Sequence record: SRR9188677_231
Length of the DNA stretch: 64,000 nucleotides
Reading direction: 5' to 3' (one strand)
Part shown: positions 33,593 through 44,034 of the stretch, in pieces
Layout of the letters: every line of letters starts with the position of its first letter
Numbering within the stretch: position 1 is the first letter of the stretch
Made by a program: the position numbers and the translations under genes
Notes under the pieces: generated by a model
Databases searched by the model: none
What the model saw: only the letters and a program-made list of their open reading frames with translations
Told to the model about the DNA's origin: nothing

Positions 33593-33694
33593 TGAGATAT
33601 TTGCTGCATTTAGGCTTGTCTTTACCCACGCAACCACTATCTAACATTTGACTTAAGCACGCCCCATCCATGCAAGCTTTTCCGGAGAACCCCT

Positions 33695-34030
33695 ATGAAG
33701 TACTGGCTTTATCTAGCAATCGCAATCATTTCCGAAATTACGGCCACATCAAGCCTGAAAGCCAGCGAAGGCTTTACCAGACTATTACCTTCAATGGCGG
33801 TGGTCATTGGCTATGGGCTATCGTTTTACTTCCTGTCACTGACGCTCAAAGTCATTCCAATCGGGATCACTTACGCAATATGGGCAGGTCTGGGCATTGT
33901 GCTGCTGGCCATTGTTGGCTGGGTATTTTATGGGCAAAAACTTGATACTGCAGCCATCGTCGGCATTGGTTTTATCCTGGCTGGTGTACTTATTATGAAT
34001 TTATTCTCTAAAACAGTCTCTCATGGATAG
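33695..34030 (+). CDS. SMR family small multidrug efflux protein (EmrE-like)
   Basis: WLYLAIAIISE with membrane Glu, four TM helices, YAIWAG. Confidence 0.9.
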   Translation: MKYWLYLAIAIISEITATSSLKASEGFTRLLPSMAVVIGYGLSFYFLSLTLKVIPIGITYAIWAGLGIVLLAIVGWVFYGQKLDTAAIVGIGFILAGVLIMNLFSKTVSHG

Positions 34031-34080
34031 ATAATCAATTTATCACTCAATAAATCAGAATAATTTAAAAGGAGAAATGA

Positions 34081-34608
34081 ATGAGGGCTTTATTCACATC
34101 GTTGGTATTGATGGCCGGATTTATTCCGGCGGCTAGCCATGCAGCAGCAGAGACATTGAAACTGGATGAGTCAGTGGAAATTAATGCAAACGCAGATACA
34201 GTTTGGGCCAATGTCAGCAACTTTGGCGACTTGGGCTTGTGGCACCCAGCCATCAAGACCACGCATATTTTAAGTGGTACGCCTAACCTTCCTGGCGCCA
34301 TCCGCTTGCTGACATTACAAGACAATAGCCAGGTAAAAGAAGAGTTGCTGACCTTCAGCCCGGCGCAAAAAACTTTTAGCTATAAAATCCTGGATGGCGT
34401 GTTGCCAGTCAGTAATTACCGCTCAACCATTAGTGTGAAAGCCATCTCTGCAACAAAATCCAAAGTGTCCTGGAGTGGTGACTTTAAACGCAAAGACCTT
34501 TCGGATAAGCCAGTCGCTAACCAGACCGATGATGATGCGATTAAAACCATGACTGTGGTTTATAGATCTGGCCTTGATAATTTGAAGAAAATATCTGAAG
34601 GCAGGTAA
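34081..34608 (+). CDS. Periplasmic SRPBCC protein, MxaD-like
   Basis: Signal peptide, VWA..WHPAI, RLLTL and VYRSGLDNLK, resembling MxaD. Confidence 0.65.
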   Translation: MRALFTSLVLMAGFIPAASHAAAETLKLDESVEINANADTVWANVSNFGDLGLWHPAIKTTHILSGTPNLPGAIRLLTLQDNSQVKEELLTFSPAQKTFSYKILDGVLPVSNYRSTISVKAISATKSKVSWSGDFKRKDLSDKPVANQTDDDAIKTMTVVYRSGLDNLKKISEGR

Positions 34609-34638
34609 TGATGGTTGGTATTTACTTTTTATAAAACA

Positions 34639-34668
34639 AAACCGGCAAATTAGTTTTTGCCGGTTTTT
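34639..34668. terminator. Bidirectional terminator hairpin
   Basis: aaaccggcaaa...tttgccggttt between convergent genes. Confidence 0.6.
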
Positions 34669-34684
34669 TAAATCTCTAGTTTGC

Positions 34685-35164
34685 TTAAAGACCTAACTCA
34701 CTCAAGCCAGGATGGTCATCCGGACGTCGACCCAGAGGCCAGCGGAATAACCGTTCACTCTCTTTAATCGGTAAATCATTGATAGATGAAAAACGATTGA
34801 TCATCAGTCCGTCCGGCCCGAACTCCCAGTTTTCATTACCGTAAGAACGAAACCAGTTTCCCGAGTCATCTTTCGACTCATAGGCGTAGCGAACCGCAAT
34901 GCGGTTTTCAGTAAAAGCCCATAACTCCTTGATCAGGCGGTACTCCAGCTCTTTGTTCCATTTACGCTCAAGAAACGCCTGTGCCTGGTCGCGGCCCTTC
35001 ACAAATTCTGCCCGGTTTCTCCATTGCGTATCCAAAGAATATGCCATGGCAACTTTGGCTGCGTCCCTTGAATTCCAGCCATCTTCAGCCAGCCGCACCT
35101 TTTCAATGGCTGTTTCGCGTGTGAACGGCGGAACAGGTGGGCGAATAGATGGGGTTGAGCTCAT
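34685..35164 (-). CDS. DUF1348 / NTF2-like protein
   Basis: [19 protein letters not shown] and SYGNENWEF motifs. Confidence 0.88.
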   Translation of the reverse strand: MSSTPSIRPPVPPFTRETAIEKVRLAEDGWNSRDAAKVAMAYSLDTQWRNRAEFVKGRDQAQAFLERKWNKELEYRLIKELWAFTENRIAVRYAYESKDDSGNWFRSYGNENWEFGPDGLMINRFSSINDLPIKESERLFRWPLGRRPDDHPGLSELGL

Positions 35165-35217
35165 TTCAATCTCCTGAGTGGATTAGCAATTCTTGTCATT
35201 TATAAAACTATAACGCT

Positions 35218-36027
35218 TTAGAAGCCTATTGAATAACCTACATAACCCAACGGCTGAAAACGAGTTTCGACGATCGGGCTATCGGCTTGCTGGTTGCCAA
35301 GGCGATTGGCAATCAGCCCGAAAAACACCGCCTGATCAGCAGTCACACTATAAATCCCATTAACGCCCAGTTGCAACTGCGTGCCCGCCTTAGCCTGATA
35401 GGCTGGGCGATCGGCACGAACTTCATCGGCATCGACGCCAAAGTAATAATCATTAAATTTTCGGTTATTCCACTGCACGCCAACCAGGCCATTCACGCGG
35501 AACCGTTCAGACCGGTAAAGACTGCGGATAAATTGTAGCTGCACATTCTGACCGTTGCTGGCACCACCGGCATCGAATCCCCATTGTGCATTGATGGTGC
35601 CATAATCAGTCTGCCAGCGCAGTACTGGGCCGACATCTACAGAAAAATCACGGTCGTTCATGCCTTTGGTACGGCTGCTGTCATCAGCATCCCAGCCAAA
35701 CCTGGCATCGGCAGACAAACCCATGCGGATACGTTTGTCATCCGACTCCAATAACCAGACGCCTGCCTGCAAACCATTGATATAAAAGCGCTCGCCATAG
35801 TTGGCGTTGATGACAGGCAAGATCAGCATGCGCTGGTCTTTGGAGCCCGAAGTTTTTGGAATCACCCCAACGCCCAGGCCATACATGTTTTTCTGTCGCG
35901 GCATGGCGGTTTCGGTTTGCCTGTCAATATTGGTTTCTGCCATTACTCCGGGACTCACTAGCAACATGCTGACAAGCCCGAGTGCGTGATTGAATGATGC
36001 TAATGCTTTTTTGCCTGGCTTATTCAA
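35218..36027 (-). CDS. MipA/OmpV family outer-membrane protein
   Basis: Signal peptide, beta-strand pattern, YYFGV, DSPIV, terminal Phe. Confidence 0.8.
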   Translation of the reverse strand: MNKPGKKALASFNHALGLVSMLLVSPGVMAETNIDRQTETAMPRQKNMYGLGVGVIPKTSGSKDQRMLILPVINANYGERFYINGLQAGVWLLESDDKRIRMGLSADARFGWDADDSSRTKGMNDRDFSVDVGPVLRWQTDYGTINAQWGFDAGGASNGQNVQLQFIRSLYRSERFRVNGLVGVQWNNRKFNDYYFGVDADEVRADRPAYQAKAGTQLQLGVNGIYSVTADQAVFFGLIANRLGNQQADSPIVETRFQPLGYVGYSIGF

Positions 36028-36447
36028 ACTTCTTCTCCGATTCTAAGGCTTTAAATTGATATCCGTATGATATTAAACTGGATTCTATAAATTACATTAA
36101 CCACAGACGCCATATCTGTAAAGAAGTTGCTTAAACATCCGTGTATTTCAACCTCATAAACCCATCGTTAAATTAAGCTCAAAAAACAGAGCTTACATCT
36201 CACAATCAGTATCATCCGGAACTTTTATTTGCGCGCCCTCCTTCTAGTTAAAAAATTAGCTAAGTGGTTGTAAATTCAATAAAAAACGAGGCTTTATCTT
36301 CTGTAGTAAATGTAGGTTTTTGTACGAATATTCCTACACGAGATTCAGCCAAAGATGTATGGAGCCTAATTTGATTAATCAGCATTATTGAGCCTTCATT
36401 GAAATAAATGCATTAAACCAAATTAGAAATTAGAGGGAGGACACACA

Positions 36448-36894
36448 ATGTCACAATCTTCAGGTACAAACAGCGCTACAAGCGCGATTTCACTAGCTGC
36501 AATTACTGCTGGCGCTGTAGCTGCCGCAGTAGTGATTATGTCAATCGGCTCTATCGTTACCATCATATCCATTGGTGCATCAATCAACCCAGGAACGCAA
36601 CAAACAGCGTCTAACTTTACTGATAGTACTGCTGGAATTCGTAACGTAGCTGTATTGCCAGTTGAAATGCAAACCACCAAAGCTGGTAACTTTTACAAAG
36701 TTAAAAAGAATAACAAGTACAAAAGCTTTTATATTGATGCCATCTTACGTGAAGATTCACACACTATTTCACCTGATTCACAACAGACCAGTGCTGAGCC
36801 AAAAGAGCAGCAACCTAAACTTACGGTTAAAGGTAATCACGTTTTCGCCAGCTTGAGTGATAGACAAACACAAACCTTAGTAGCCGCAGCATAA
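36448..36894 (+). CDS. Hypothetical protein with N-terminal hydrophobic segment
   Basis: 148-aa ORF with a strong GAGGGAGG RBS; no family recognised. Confidence 0.55.
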   Translation: MSQSSGTNSATSAISLAAITAGAVAAAVVIMSIGSIVTIISIGASINPGTQQTASNFTDSTAGIRNVAVLPVEMQTTKAGNFYKVKKNNKYKSFYIDAILREDSHTISPDSQQTSAEPKEQQPKLTVKGNHVFASLSDRQTQTLVAAA

Positions 36895-36906
36895 TCAAAA
36901 TTTCAA

Positions 36907-37371
36907 ATGCGCAGGCTAATTTCAAGTTTACTAATCATCAGCAGTTTTTTAACTGCTGATTTGTTATTAGCAGCCGAAACAATTAAAGCACCCCATGTAG
37001 CCTTTTCCAGCAAATATCGTAGCGTTGATTATTTATTTACTGACCGTGCTGAAGTTGAAGCCATCGCCGATGGCGCCAATTATGATTTTGCTATCCGTGA
37101 AGTGGGCTGGGACCTGCTTTCAGCAGTTGGCCGAGCTTGCAATTCCGTAAAAAATATCCAGGCCATATTTATAGACCGCATTAACTTCAAAGAACGCCAC
37201 TCCCTTGTTGTGCTTGGTGTCTTGGCAGACCTGCAATTCCTGTCTTTAAATATTGATGAAGCACTCTCAAATGCAACTCTGAAAGAACTGCTCAGCGCGT
37301 TTGAGCGGGAGCATGTTTCCATTATCCGCCTTGCTGAAGCAAGCGGTGTAGAACTTTCAATCTCAAAATAA
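36907..37371 (+). CDS. Hypothetical exported protein
   Basis: 154 aa, signal-peptide-like N-terminus, 12 bp after the previous ORF. Confidence 0.55.
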   Translation: MRRLISSLLIISSFLTADLLLAAETIKAPHVAFSSKYRSVDYLFTDRAEVEAIADGANYDFAIREVGWDLLSAVGRACNSVKNIQAIFIDRINFKERHSLVVLGVLADLQFLSLNIDEALSNATLKELLSAFEREHVSIIRLAEASGVELSISK

Positions 37372-37647
37372 AATTGCGTCAATCGCCTTTATTATTAAAA
37401 AGGCCCTCTAATGGTGTATTTCAGGTTTATCACAGATACATAGTTTGAAGCCTATTTCCAATCTTATTCCAGGCATCAATATTTCACTAAAGCATTTACA
37501 ATAAAGACCAAAAGTTGTTTACCTATCGATTAATTCAATCAGGTATCCACGCAGCATTTGACTGGTAATCAAGTGCAAAAACCTTGAGTCTTGAAGACTT
37601 TTAAGGCATTGTGGCGACATTGAACGAAGATACATTGGAACAAATGA

Positions 37648-38436
37648 ATGAGCAGCACGTTTCACCCTGAAAAATCTCATATCAAGGTTGATCATACAAA
37701 TTTTGTAAAAGGAAATAACGCCTCCTTAAAACCTTTTCATTGTGAAAAAGGCCTGGTAGAAATTGGCAAACTAAATATTTTTCTCATCGGCGTGATTGGA
37801 GTGATCATATTTGGCTTGATTGCGCAGGAAGATGGAAGCACGCTACTCTCTACGCAGGATATGCGTGTCCAAACGGTGACTACACCTGAAATTGCCGCTA
37901 TTGAAACGCCAAAAGTAGATACTCCTGCAGAAGAACAGCCTGAGGCTCCTTTACCCGAGTCAAAACCCTCGCCCAAAAAACGTAAGAAAAACGAAACAAA
38001 CGCTACAGTGATTGTGACTCGCACTCAGCAACCTGAATCAGCGGCCGGTAACCAAGTTCAGCATACCGAGGCAAACACAGAGACTGCAGCTAATCATGAA
38101 GCAGAACAACCAACTCTGAAAGAACCTCAAAAAAACATGCTAGTGTTTAATATCTGGAGCGTTTCTGAACTGAGGCTGCGTAGTGCTTTCACAAAGCTAA
38201 TCAATGATAGCTCGGCCCCTGCCTCAATTTTGGAGTCTAGAAAAAAAGAGTATCTCAGCTTTGTCAATAAAAGAAGCCACAAATGCGGCGAACTCAATAG
38301 CAAGTTTGCCAGCAATATCAATTCAGTCGAGAAATTGACTTTTAAAGATAAAGATGTGGAAATTTTAGAATGCCATACTTCAGAAAATACGACTGAACTG
38401 AATAGATTAAATGAGTTGGGTATCAGTGCTTCTTAA
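37648..38436 (+). CDS. Hypothetical bitopic membrane protein
   Basis: TM helix, Pro/Glu-rich linker, helical C-domain with two Cys. Confidence 0.55.
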   Translation: MSSTFHPEKSHIKVDHTNFVKGNNASLKPFHCEKGLVEIGKLNIFLIGVIGVIIFGLIAQEDGSTLLSTQDMRVQTVTTPEIAAIETPKVDTPAEEQPEAPLPESKPSPKKRKKNETNATVIVTRTQQPESAAGNQVQHTEANTETAANHEAEQPTLKEPQKNMLVFNIWSVSELRLRSAFTKLINDSSAPASILESRKKEYLSFVNKRSHKCGELNSKFASNINSVEKLTFKDKDVEILECHTSENTTELNRLNELGISAS

Positions 38437-38553
38437 TGATCTTTTAATTTAAATGTTTGCGTCGAATCTGAATTCTGAATAAATATATAAAATCATCTCT
38501 CTAGCCTCCCAACCAGTTTTAATAAGCTCATTAAATCCTTATTAAATAAAATA

Positions 38554-38581
38554 AAAAATCGCCCTTTAAGGGCGATTTTTT
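38554..38581 (-). terminator. Intrinsic terminator of the TonB-dependent receptor gene
   Basis: aaaaatcgccct-tta-agggcgattttt. Confidence 0.75.
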
Positions 38582-38600
38582 GTTATTAAATCTACTCTTT

Positions 38601-41291
38601 TTACAGTGTGCCTTTTAACACTAAACCAATGTAACGGAACGTTCCCAATCCGTCCCAGCCTACAGGATAGTTATTGCTGAAGTTATTCACACTTGTTGTA
38701 TAACGTTTATCGAACAGGTTCTTGGCAACCAGGTTAATTTCAAACTTGTTCTTGGTGTTGGTGATAATACCAATACCGCCATCCGTGACCGAATAACCAC
38801 TGACTTCACCATATTCAGAAAGTTGTGATTCCAGATTTTGCTTGGAACGGAACACTGTGCTGAAGAAAGCATGGCCAGTGAAACCTCCAGCCAGTGGTAA
38901 ACGATAGTCTGCACCGAGAATACCGGTCAATTTAGGTGCGCCTACAATTTGCTTGCCGGTGTTATCGCAAGTTGGATTAGCAGCTGATACCACGATTTCA
39001 GCCGGGCAAGTTGCATTTTCCCAATCAGAGTAGACTGCATGGTTATAAGCCCCGCCAAAGTTGATTACAAGGTTTGAGGTTGCGTTGAATGCGCCATCGA
39101 CTTCAATACCACGAGCGGTGATTTCTGGAATGTTACCAAATCTTGATTGGTAACCTGTGGGAACGCCGGTAGATACGCCTACAAACTCACTGGTAGTCGC
39201 CTGGTAATCTTTTACGACAGTATTGTAAAGATTGACGTTTAGCAGCAATCGACGATCAAAGAGAACACTCTTGAAACCCAACTCGAAATCGACAGACTTC
39301 TCCGGTTTTGCATCTTGTCGCAGTCCATTATTGGTATTAAATGCAACAACGCTGGATTTTTCGCCACCGCCTGCAGAAGCATAAAACATTACACTTTCAT
39401 TGTATTTATAACTGGGGCTAACCAACCAGGAAATTGAATTCTCAGTCAAGTCTCCTGATATAGAACCAACATCTGCTCCGGTTTGATCAGTACGAATGCG
39501 ATTGGCAGCAGTTTCTTCAGCTCCTGTTGCGCCTGGAGCAGTGAGTGTTGGCAATGGGGAACCATCATAGAGTGTACTACTTTTGGAGAAGCGATTCGAA
39601 CGGTCTTCTACTGTGTATCTCAAACCCGTCGTCACATCTGTTTTGTCAGTTAAATGCCAGTTAATTTGGCCAAACAATGCCTTACTGTCAGTGCTGGATA
39701 CTTGATTGTTTGTCGCATATACATTGTTCAAAGAACTTTTTAACAAAGAACGACCAGCAGCAGTACCGGGTACATATAAAGCGTTATATTGAGCTTGACC
39801 CGCATAATATGCTCCAGCATCTTCACCATAAAGGTTTCTTGAAGTGGTATCTGCTTCAGACTTCATATAGAAGAAACCAGTTTGGTAATCAAATAATTTA
39901 CCCGGTTCAGAAGTTAAGCGAAATTCTTGCGAGAACTGTTTTGCATCTACTAAAGTACCTCCTCGTTGTACATCAAACTTTGTCTCTTCCGAATCGTTTC
40001 TGGCATCAAAATGGTACTTTCTAGTGCCCGTAATAGAAGTTAATGTAACCGGACCTAAGTTCCAGTCTACCGACAAAGAAGCACCACGATTATATGTTTG
40101 TAATGGCTGAGCATTATTTAATTCAACCTCATCCATTACACCTTTACCAATAATAGGTCTATAGTTGCCGCCGTCAAAATACTCACGCGCCAAGCGTGTA
40201 GTATGCGTAGTTGTCCGCAAGCTACCATTGGCAAACGTTAAAGGATCTATAATTTTAGCTTTAGTATTACTATGCTCATTTGCTACCGCTGAATCCAGAT
40301 TCAATTTGGCGGTAATATTTTCAGTTGGCGTTAGCAAGAGTTGTAGCCTACCGCCTAATCGGTTCTTTTCGTGCCAGCGCCCACCTTCGGTAAACACATT
40401 CTCACGGTCTCCATCTTGTTTATCAACAAAGAATGAACCACGCCAAGCGAGCAAATCATCTACAATTGCGTTGCTGTATGAACCACGTGCCTTTTGACCA
40501 CCCGGTGATGCATCATCGCCCATGCGTCCGCCAGCCTCTAGCTCTAGCCAACCTTGCTGCGTAAAGCTGGGTGCCCGACTTACATAGTTGATCAAACCTA
40601 AAGTTGTATTTTTACCTTTAAGTGTTCCCTGCGGACCACGTAAAACTTCTACACGATCCAGATCGGTAAAGTTCTGAAAAGACATACCTACCTGACTAAG
40701 GTAAATATCATCAACGACAATGCCAACAGCCGCTTCAGCATTTTCGTTTCCCGTAGATTTACCCACACCACGAATAGAAATACCGGAACGACGCGCATTT
40801 GGCGTTGTTGCAGTTAAACCCGGGGTAACCCTGGTCAAATCATCAATAGTGAAAATACGATCGCGGTCAATTTGTTTACCGCTGATAATCGTCTCCGGGA
40901 TCGGCACATCCTGCGCAATCTCTGCACGGTTACGAGATGTCACCACCACTGACCCGAGCAAGTTTTGATCTTCAGGCTCAGTTTTTTTAGCCGTTTCTGC
41001 TTTTCCAGAAGCTTGTGCGGAGGGCTCTGGCTCTTCACCAGTCTGGTCTTTCAATTCTCTTTTGGCATCTTCAAGCGCTTGCTCCAGTTGAATGATTTTA
41101 TCTTTGATCTCTTTCGAGTCTTTCTCAGCCGCGTATGCATCCAGAGAACCCGCTAGTGAAAGTCCAGCCAATACAGTAAATGCGGTGCCGCGGAAAACTG
41201 TTGTTGAATGGTGTTTTCCAAACACCATTGTGGAAAGTAGTTTGGCAATAATCTTGGGTTTGGTATGTATCCCTGTATTAATGTCTTGCAT
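38601..41291 (-). CDS. TonB-dependent outer-membrane receptor
   Basis: TonB-box-like SVVVTSR, plug motif RVEVLRGPQGTLKGKN, barrel motif KNLFDKRY; N-terminal coiled-coil extension. Confidence 0.92.
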   Translation of the reverse strand: MQDINTGIHTKPKIIAKLLSTMVFGKHHSTTVFRGTAFTVLAGLSLAGSLDAYAAEKDSKEIKDKIIQLEQALEDAKRELKDQTGEEPEPSAQASGKAETAKKTEPEDQNLLGSVVVTSRNRAEIAQDVPIPETIISGKQIDRDRIFTIDDLTRVTPGLTATTPNARRSGISIRGVGKSTGNENAEAAVGIVVDDIYLSQVGMSFQNFTDLDRVEVLRGPQGTLKGKNTTLGLINYVSRAPSFTQQGWLELEAGGRMGDDASPGGQKARGSYSNAIVDDLLAWRGSFFVDKQDGDRENVFTEGGRWHEKNRLGGRLQLLLTPTENITAKLNLDSAVANEHSNTKAKIIDPLTFANGSLRTTTHTTRLAREYFDGGNYRPIIGKGVMDEVELNNAQPLQTYNRGASLSVDWNLGPVTLTSITGTRKYHFDARNDSEETKFDVQRGGTLVDAKQFSQEFRLTSEPGKLFDYQTGFFYMKSEADTTSRNLYGEDAGAYYAGQAQYNALYVPGTAAGRSLLKSSLNNVYATNNQVSSTDSKALFGQINWHLTDKTDVTTGLRYTVEDRSNRFSKSSTLYDGSPLPTLTAPGATGAEETAANRIRTDQTGADVGSISGDLTENSISWLVSPSYKYNESVMFYASAGGGEKSSVVAFNTNNGLRQDAKPEKSVDFELGFKSVLFDRRLLLNVNLYNTVVKDYQATTSEFVGVSTGVPTGYQSRFGNIPEITARGIEVDGAFNATSNLVINFGGAYNHAVYSDWENATCPAEIVVSAANPTCDNTGKQIVGAPKLTGILGADYRLPLAGGFTGHAFFSTVFRSKQNLESQLSEYGEVSGYSVTDGGIGIITNTKNKFEINLVAKNLFDKRYTTSVNNFSNNYPVGWDGLGTFRYIGLVLKGTL

Positions 41292-41345
41292 TACATCATC
41301 CCTTTTTTATAGTAAGTAATTAAAACTTTGTCACGCAAGCCTTAT

Positions 41346-41504
41346 TGCAATATGCGTACCATAAAAAATAATGATGAAATTAATCAGGTATGTTATTGAT
41401 ATTATTGAATTTAATACTCATCCAAGCTTAAAAATATTCGCGAAAAATTAAAAAATACTGTGTCTCTCACAACACAATCGCCAGACTCTGTTGCTGTAGA
41501 AACA
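41346..41504 (-). promoter_or_regulatory. Sigma-54 promoter 1 with paired enhancer sites
   Basis: TGGTAC-GCATA-TTGCA at 41346-41361; TGT-N10-ACA at 41459-41474 and 41489-41504; IHF-like 41389-41401 (1 mismatch). Confidence 0.75.
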
Positions 41505-41647
41505 GTTTTTCAAGAACTTTGTATGAGAATTTAGATGGTTCAAACTTTGCCTTAGAGCGCTCTTATAGAATCTCACTTAATTAAAATAAATAAAAAAAAG
41601 CCCAGTTTTAACCGGGCTTTATCAGTCGATGAACTTGGAAATATTTG

Positions 41648-42679
41648 TTATTTGACTAATACCTGTGGCGTGTCTGTTGCACCTAAACCGAAGCCACCAT
41701 TGTTTTCAAAGCATATACGTTCATCATGTTCCAAATACTTGGCGCTGGTTTTAGTTTTGGCCCAGCGGGCTTCCAGATTCCAGCCATCAGAATCCTCTGC
41801 ATCGGTATATTTAATCGCAGGAATAGTAATGGTGAAAGGCCGGGTGTAGATGGTCGGATCATCAAACGTGCCTTCGTAATTAAAACGTTTGCCATCGTCT
41901 GAAAAAATATATTTTTCTTTAATAGTGGCATTCTCACTGACGAACTCACCTGAGCGCCCGAACAGTGCTTTTCCGTTATGATTACTCACATCAACAACCA
42001 GCGTATTGCCTTCCCAATGCCCTCTGAAATCACCGTTCCATAGTTTTAATTTGGAAGGCAGATGTGGTTTGTTATCGAGATGGATAATCCGGCTGCCGTT
42101 ATCAAATACAAACAATACATACCCAGGATATTGCAAAATATCATAACCGTGCCAGTAAAAGGATTTTGGTACGCCGCCAGGTGCGCATCGTGCGTTTGGC
42201 TCCACATGACCTGGGTTGGTGGGGTTATGAAAGCCTATCCTGAACTGTTCCACCTTTTCCTTGGCCCATGGCTGGAAAGGGAATTTGCCATCCTGAGGAT
42301 CGCTGATTCGGCTTGGTGCCCGCTCTTCACGTGGCCCCAGTGGTTTTTTTCTGGCTTCGTAAATCACCCCTGCTTGCGGGTCTTCCAGATTGCTGTGATT
42401 ACCAATCGTGTTCGACCACAAGCCACTAATGTCAGGTTGGCCATCCGGCAACCGCGGACCACTCCATTTTCCTGAGACCAGTTTAGGAAATGAAGTTTCA
42501 CGGGCAATCCTGGTCTGACCAGGTGGCGTGACAACCGGTGTTGCAGCAACTGGCTGAGCCTTGCTCTTAGCTTCATCGACAGCCAGCGATGACTCTGACG
42601 CTGCCATTGCGCACAAAGCAAGGAAAATACTGGAGTACCCTGAAAAGCGCTTAATACGATGTTTCATCATATGATTCAT
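41648..42679 (-). CDS. Uncharacterised periplasmic protein (GHWEGxTLVVD family)
   Basis: Signal peptide, GQPDISGLW, CAPGGVP and GDFRGHWEGNTLVVD; paralog of 42713-43528. Confidence 0.8.
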   Translation of the reverse strand: MNHMMKHRIKRFSGYSSIFLALCAMAASESSLAVDEAKSKAQPVAATPVVTPPGQTRIARETSFPKLVSGKWSGPRLPDGQPDISGLWSNTIGNHSNLEDPQAGVIYEARKKPLGPREERAPSRISDPQDGKFPFQPWAKEKVEQFRIGFHNPTNPGHVEPNARCAPGGVPKSFYWHGYDILQYPGYVLFVFDNGSRIIHLDNKPHLPSKLKLWNGDFRGHWEGNTLVVDVSNHNGKALFGRSGEFVSENATIKEKYIFSDDGKRFNYEGTFDDPTIYTRPFTITIPAIKYTDAEDSDGWNLEARWAKTKTSAKYLEHDERICFENNGGFGLGATDTPQVLVK

Positions 42680-42712
42680 TGACCATTCATTTGTTTTAAC
42701 TGAGTTACTGAG

Positions 42713-43528
42713 CTATTTAGTGTCCGGCTTTGGCGGGTAATGTTGCTCGTACTCGAGGGTGTAGCGGTAATCTTCAATGAGCTGAAAGTTTTTTTCTGGG
42801 TGGCGATGCAAATAAACAGTAATGTTCCATGGACGGCTAAACACATTTTTGTCTTTAATCGTAGCCTTGTATTCAATCGTGTTAGCATCAGCCAGCTTCC
42901 AGCGCTCCACAACGTGCAGTGCATCACTGTGAAAGTTACCTGAACGATCCAGCCAGGTTTTATCATTAAAGTGCTTCACGTCAACAACCAGGGTATCGCC
43001 TTCCCAATGACCACGGGAGTCGCCTAACCACCAGTCGTTAGGATCATCAGGATGCTCGGTATTGTTGGTGTGTATAGTGCGTACCGAGTGTCCAAATTGA
43101 TGCACGATAGTGATATCACGTGGCCGTTGGAATAGCTGGATGGGTTCACGGTAATAGATGCCACGTGGTACGCCGAGCGTGGCACCTCTCAAGCGTGGAT
43201 CTGCGGTGAACCTGTTTTCAAAATTCTTCTTTCGCTGCTCTAGAGCTTGCGGCAGGTAAGGAATCTCTCCACCCTCCACCACACCCACACCAGAAGAAGC
43301 ATCAGCGCGTGCAATATGTGGCTCCAAATCTTCATCTGCCGAACTGGTGGTCTCCCATATACCGGAAAAATCCGGTTTTTTGTCAGCTCCGCGAGGAATT
43401 TTGGCATCGTGGGCAAATACATGATCGACCGGTAAAAAAAAGGCCAACACCATGAAAGACAGCAAGGTCGCTATTTCTTTCACACGTTGCCCGGATTGCA
43501 TCTTTAAAGGCATCAACTGAAATCCCAT
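42713..43528 (-). CDS. Uncharacterised periplasmic protein (GHWEGxTLVVD family)
   Basis: Signal peptide, KPDFSGIW, GDSRGHWEGDTLVVD, HSDALHVVER; start may be 43501-43528. Confidence 0.8.
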   Translation of the reverse strand: MGFQLMPLKMQSGQRVKEIATLLSFMVLAFFLPVDHVFAHDAKIPRGADKKPDFSGIWETTSSADEDLEPHIARADASSGVGVVEGGEIPYLPQALEQRKKNFENRFTADPRLRGATLGVPRGIYYREPIQLFQRPRDITIVHQFGHSVRTIHTNNTEHPDDPNDWWLGDSRGHWEGDTLVVDVKHFNDKTWLDRSGNFHSDALHVVERWKLADANTIEYKATIKDKNVFSRPWNITVYLHRHPEKNFQLIEDYRYTLEYEQHYPPKPDTK

Positions 43529-43555
43529 TCTTTTAATTTTTTGTCATCAGTGACA

Positions 43556-43999
43556 TTAGTTAGTGGTACCTGCAGACGGCAATGCTGGTGCGTCCTGTGC
43601 ACCGCCAGTCTGGAATACCCGGCCATCGGCCAATTTGATAGAAGTGGAATAGGCGAATTTCTTACCATTCTTCGATAAATAACCATTGATGACTACTTCA
43701 GTACCTGATGGCAACACAGTTTTGGTCAGGCCTTTTTGTTTGAGGCTGAAAGGTGCCCCAAACTCAAATCCCCAGTTGCTGACTGTGCCATCGGCTTCTT
43801 TAACATCAACATATACCCAGCTATGCGGGTTCACCCACTCGGCTTTGGTGACCACACCTTTAATTTCAATCGGCTTCAAAGCATCAAACTCTGCCGAAAA
43901 AGCATGGTGTGCAGTCACATTCTGTGCACTTAACATTAAGCCGGTAGTTATGACGGCTAAAGTCCCCTTAAAGCACACAAAACTATTTAATTTAGTCAT
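43556..43999 (-). CDS. DUF6152-like periplasmic protein
   Basis: Signal peptide ending A|HHAFSAEFD, WVNPH motif, OB-fold-like strand pattern. Confidence 0.75.
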   Translation of the reverse strand: MTKLNSFVCFKGTLAVITTGLMLSAQNVTAHHAFSAEFDALKPIEIKGVVTKAEWVNPHSWVYVDVKEADGTVSNWGFEFGAPFSLKQKGLTKTVLPSGTEVVINGYLSKNGKKFAYSTSIKLADGRVFQTGGAQDAPALPSAGTTN

Positions 44000-44034
44000 T
44001 CTTTAAATCTCCACTATTTTCTCTAATGCTTGTA

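Noticed and set aside
33695-34030. SMR gene as an integron qac cassette
   Set aside because: No integron integrase or recognisable attC structure.
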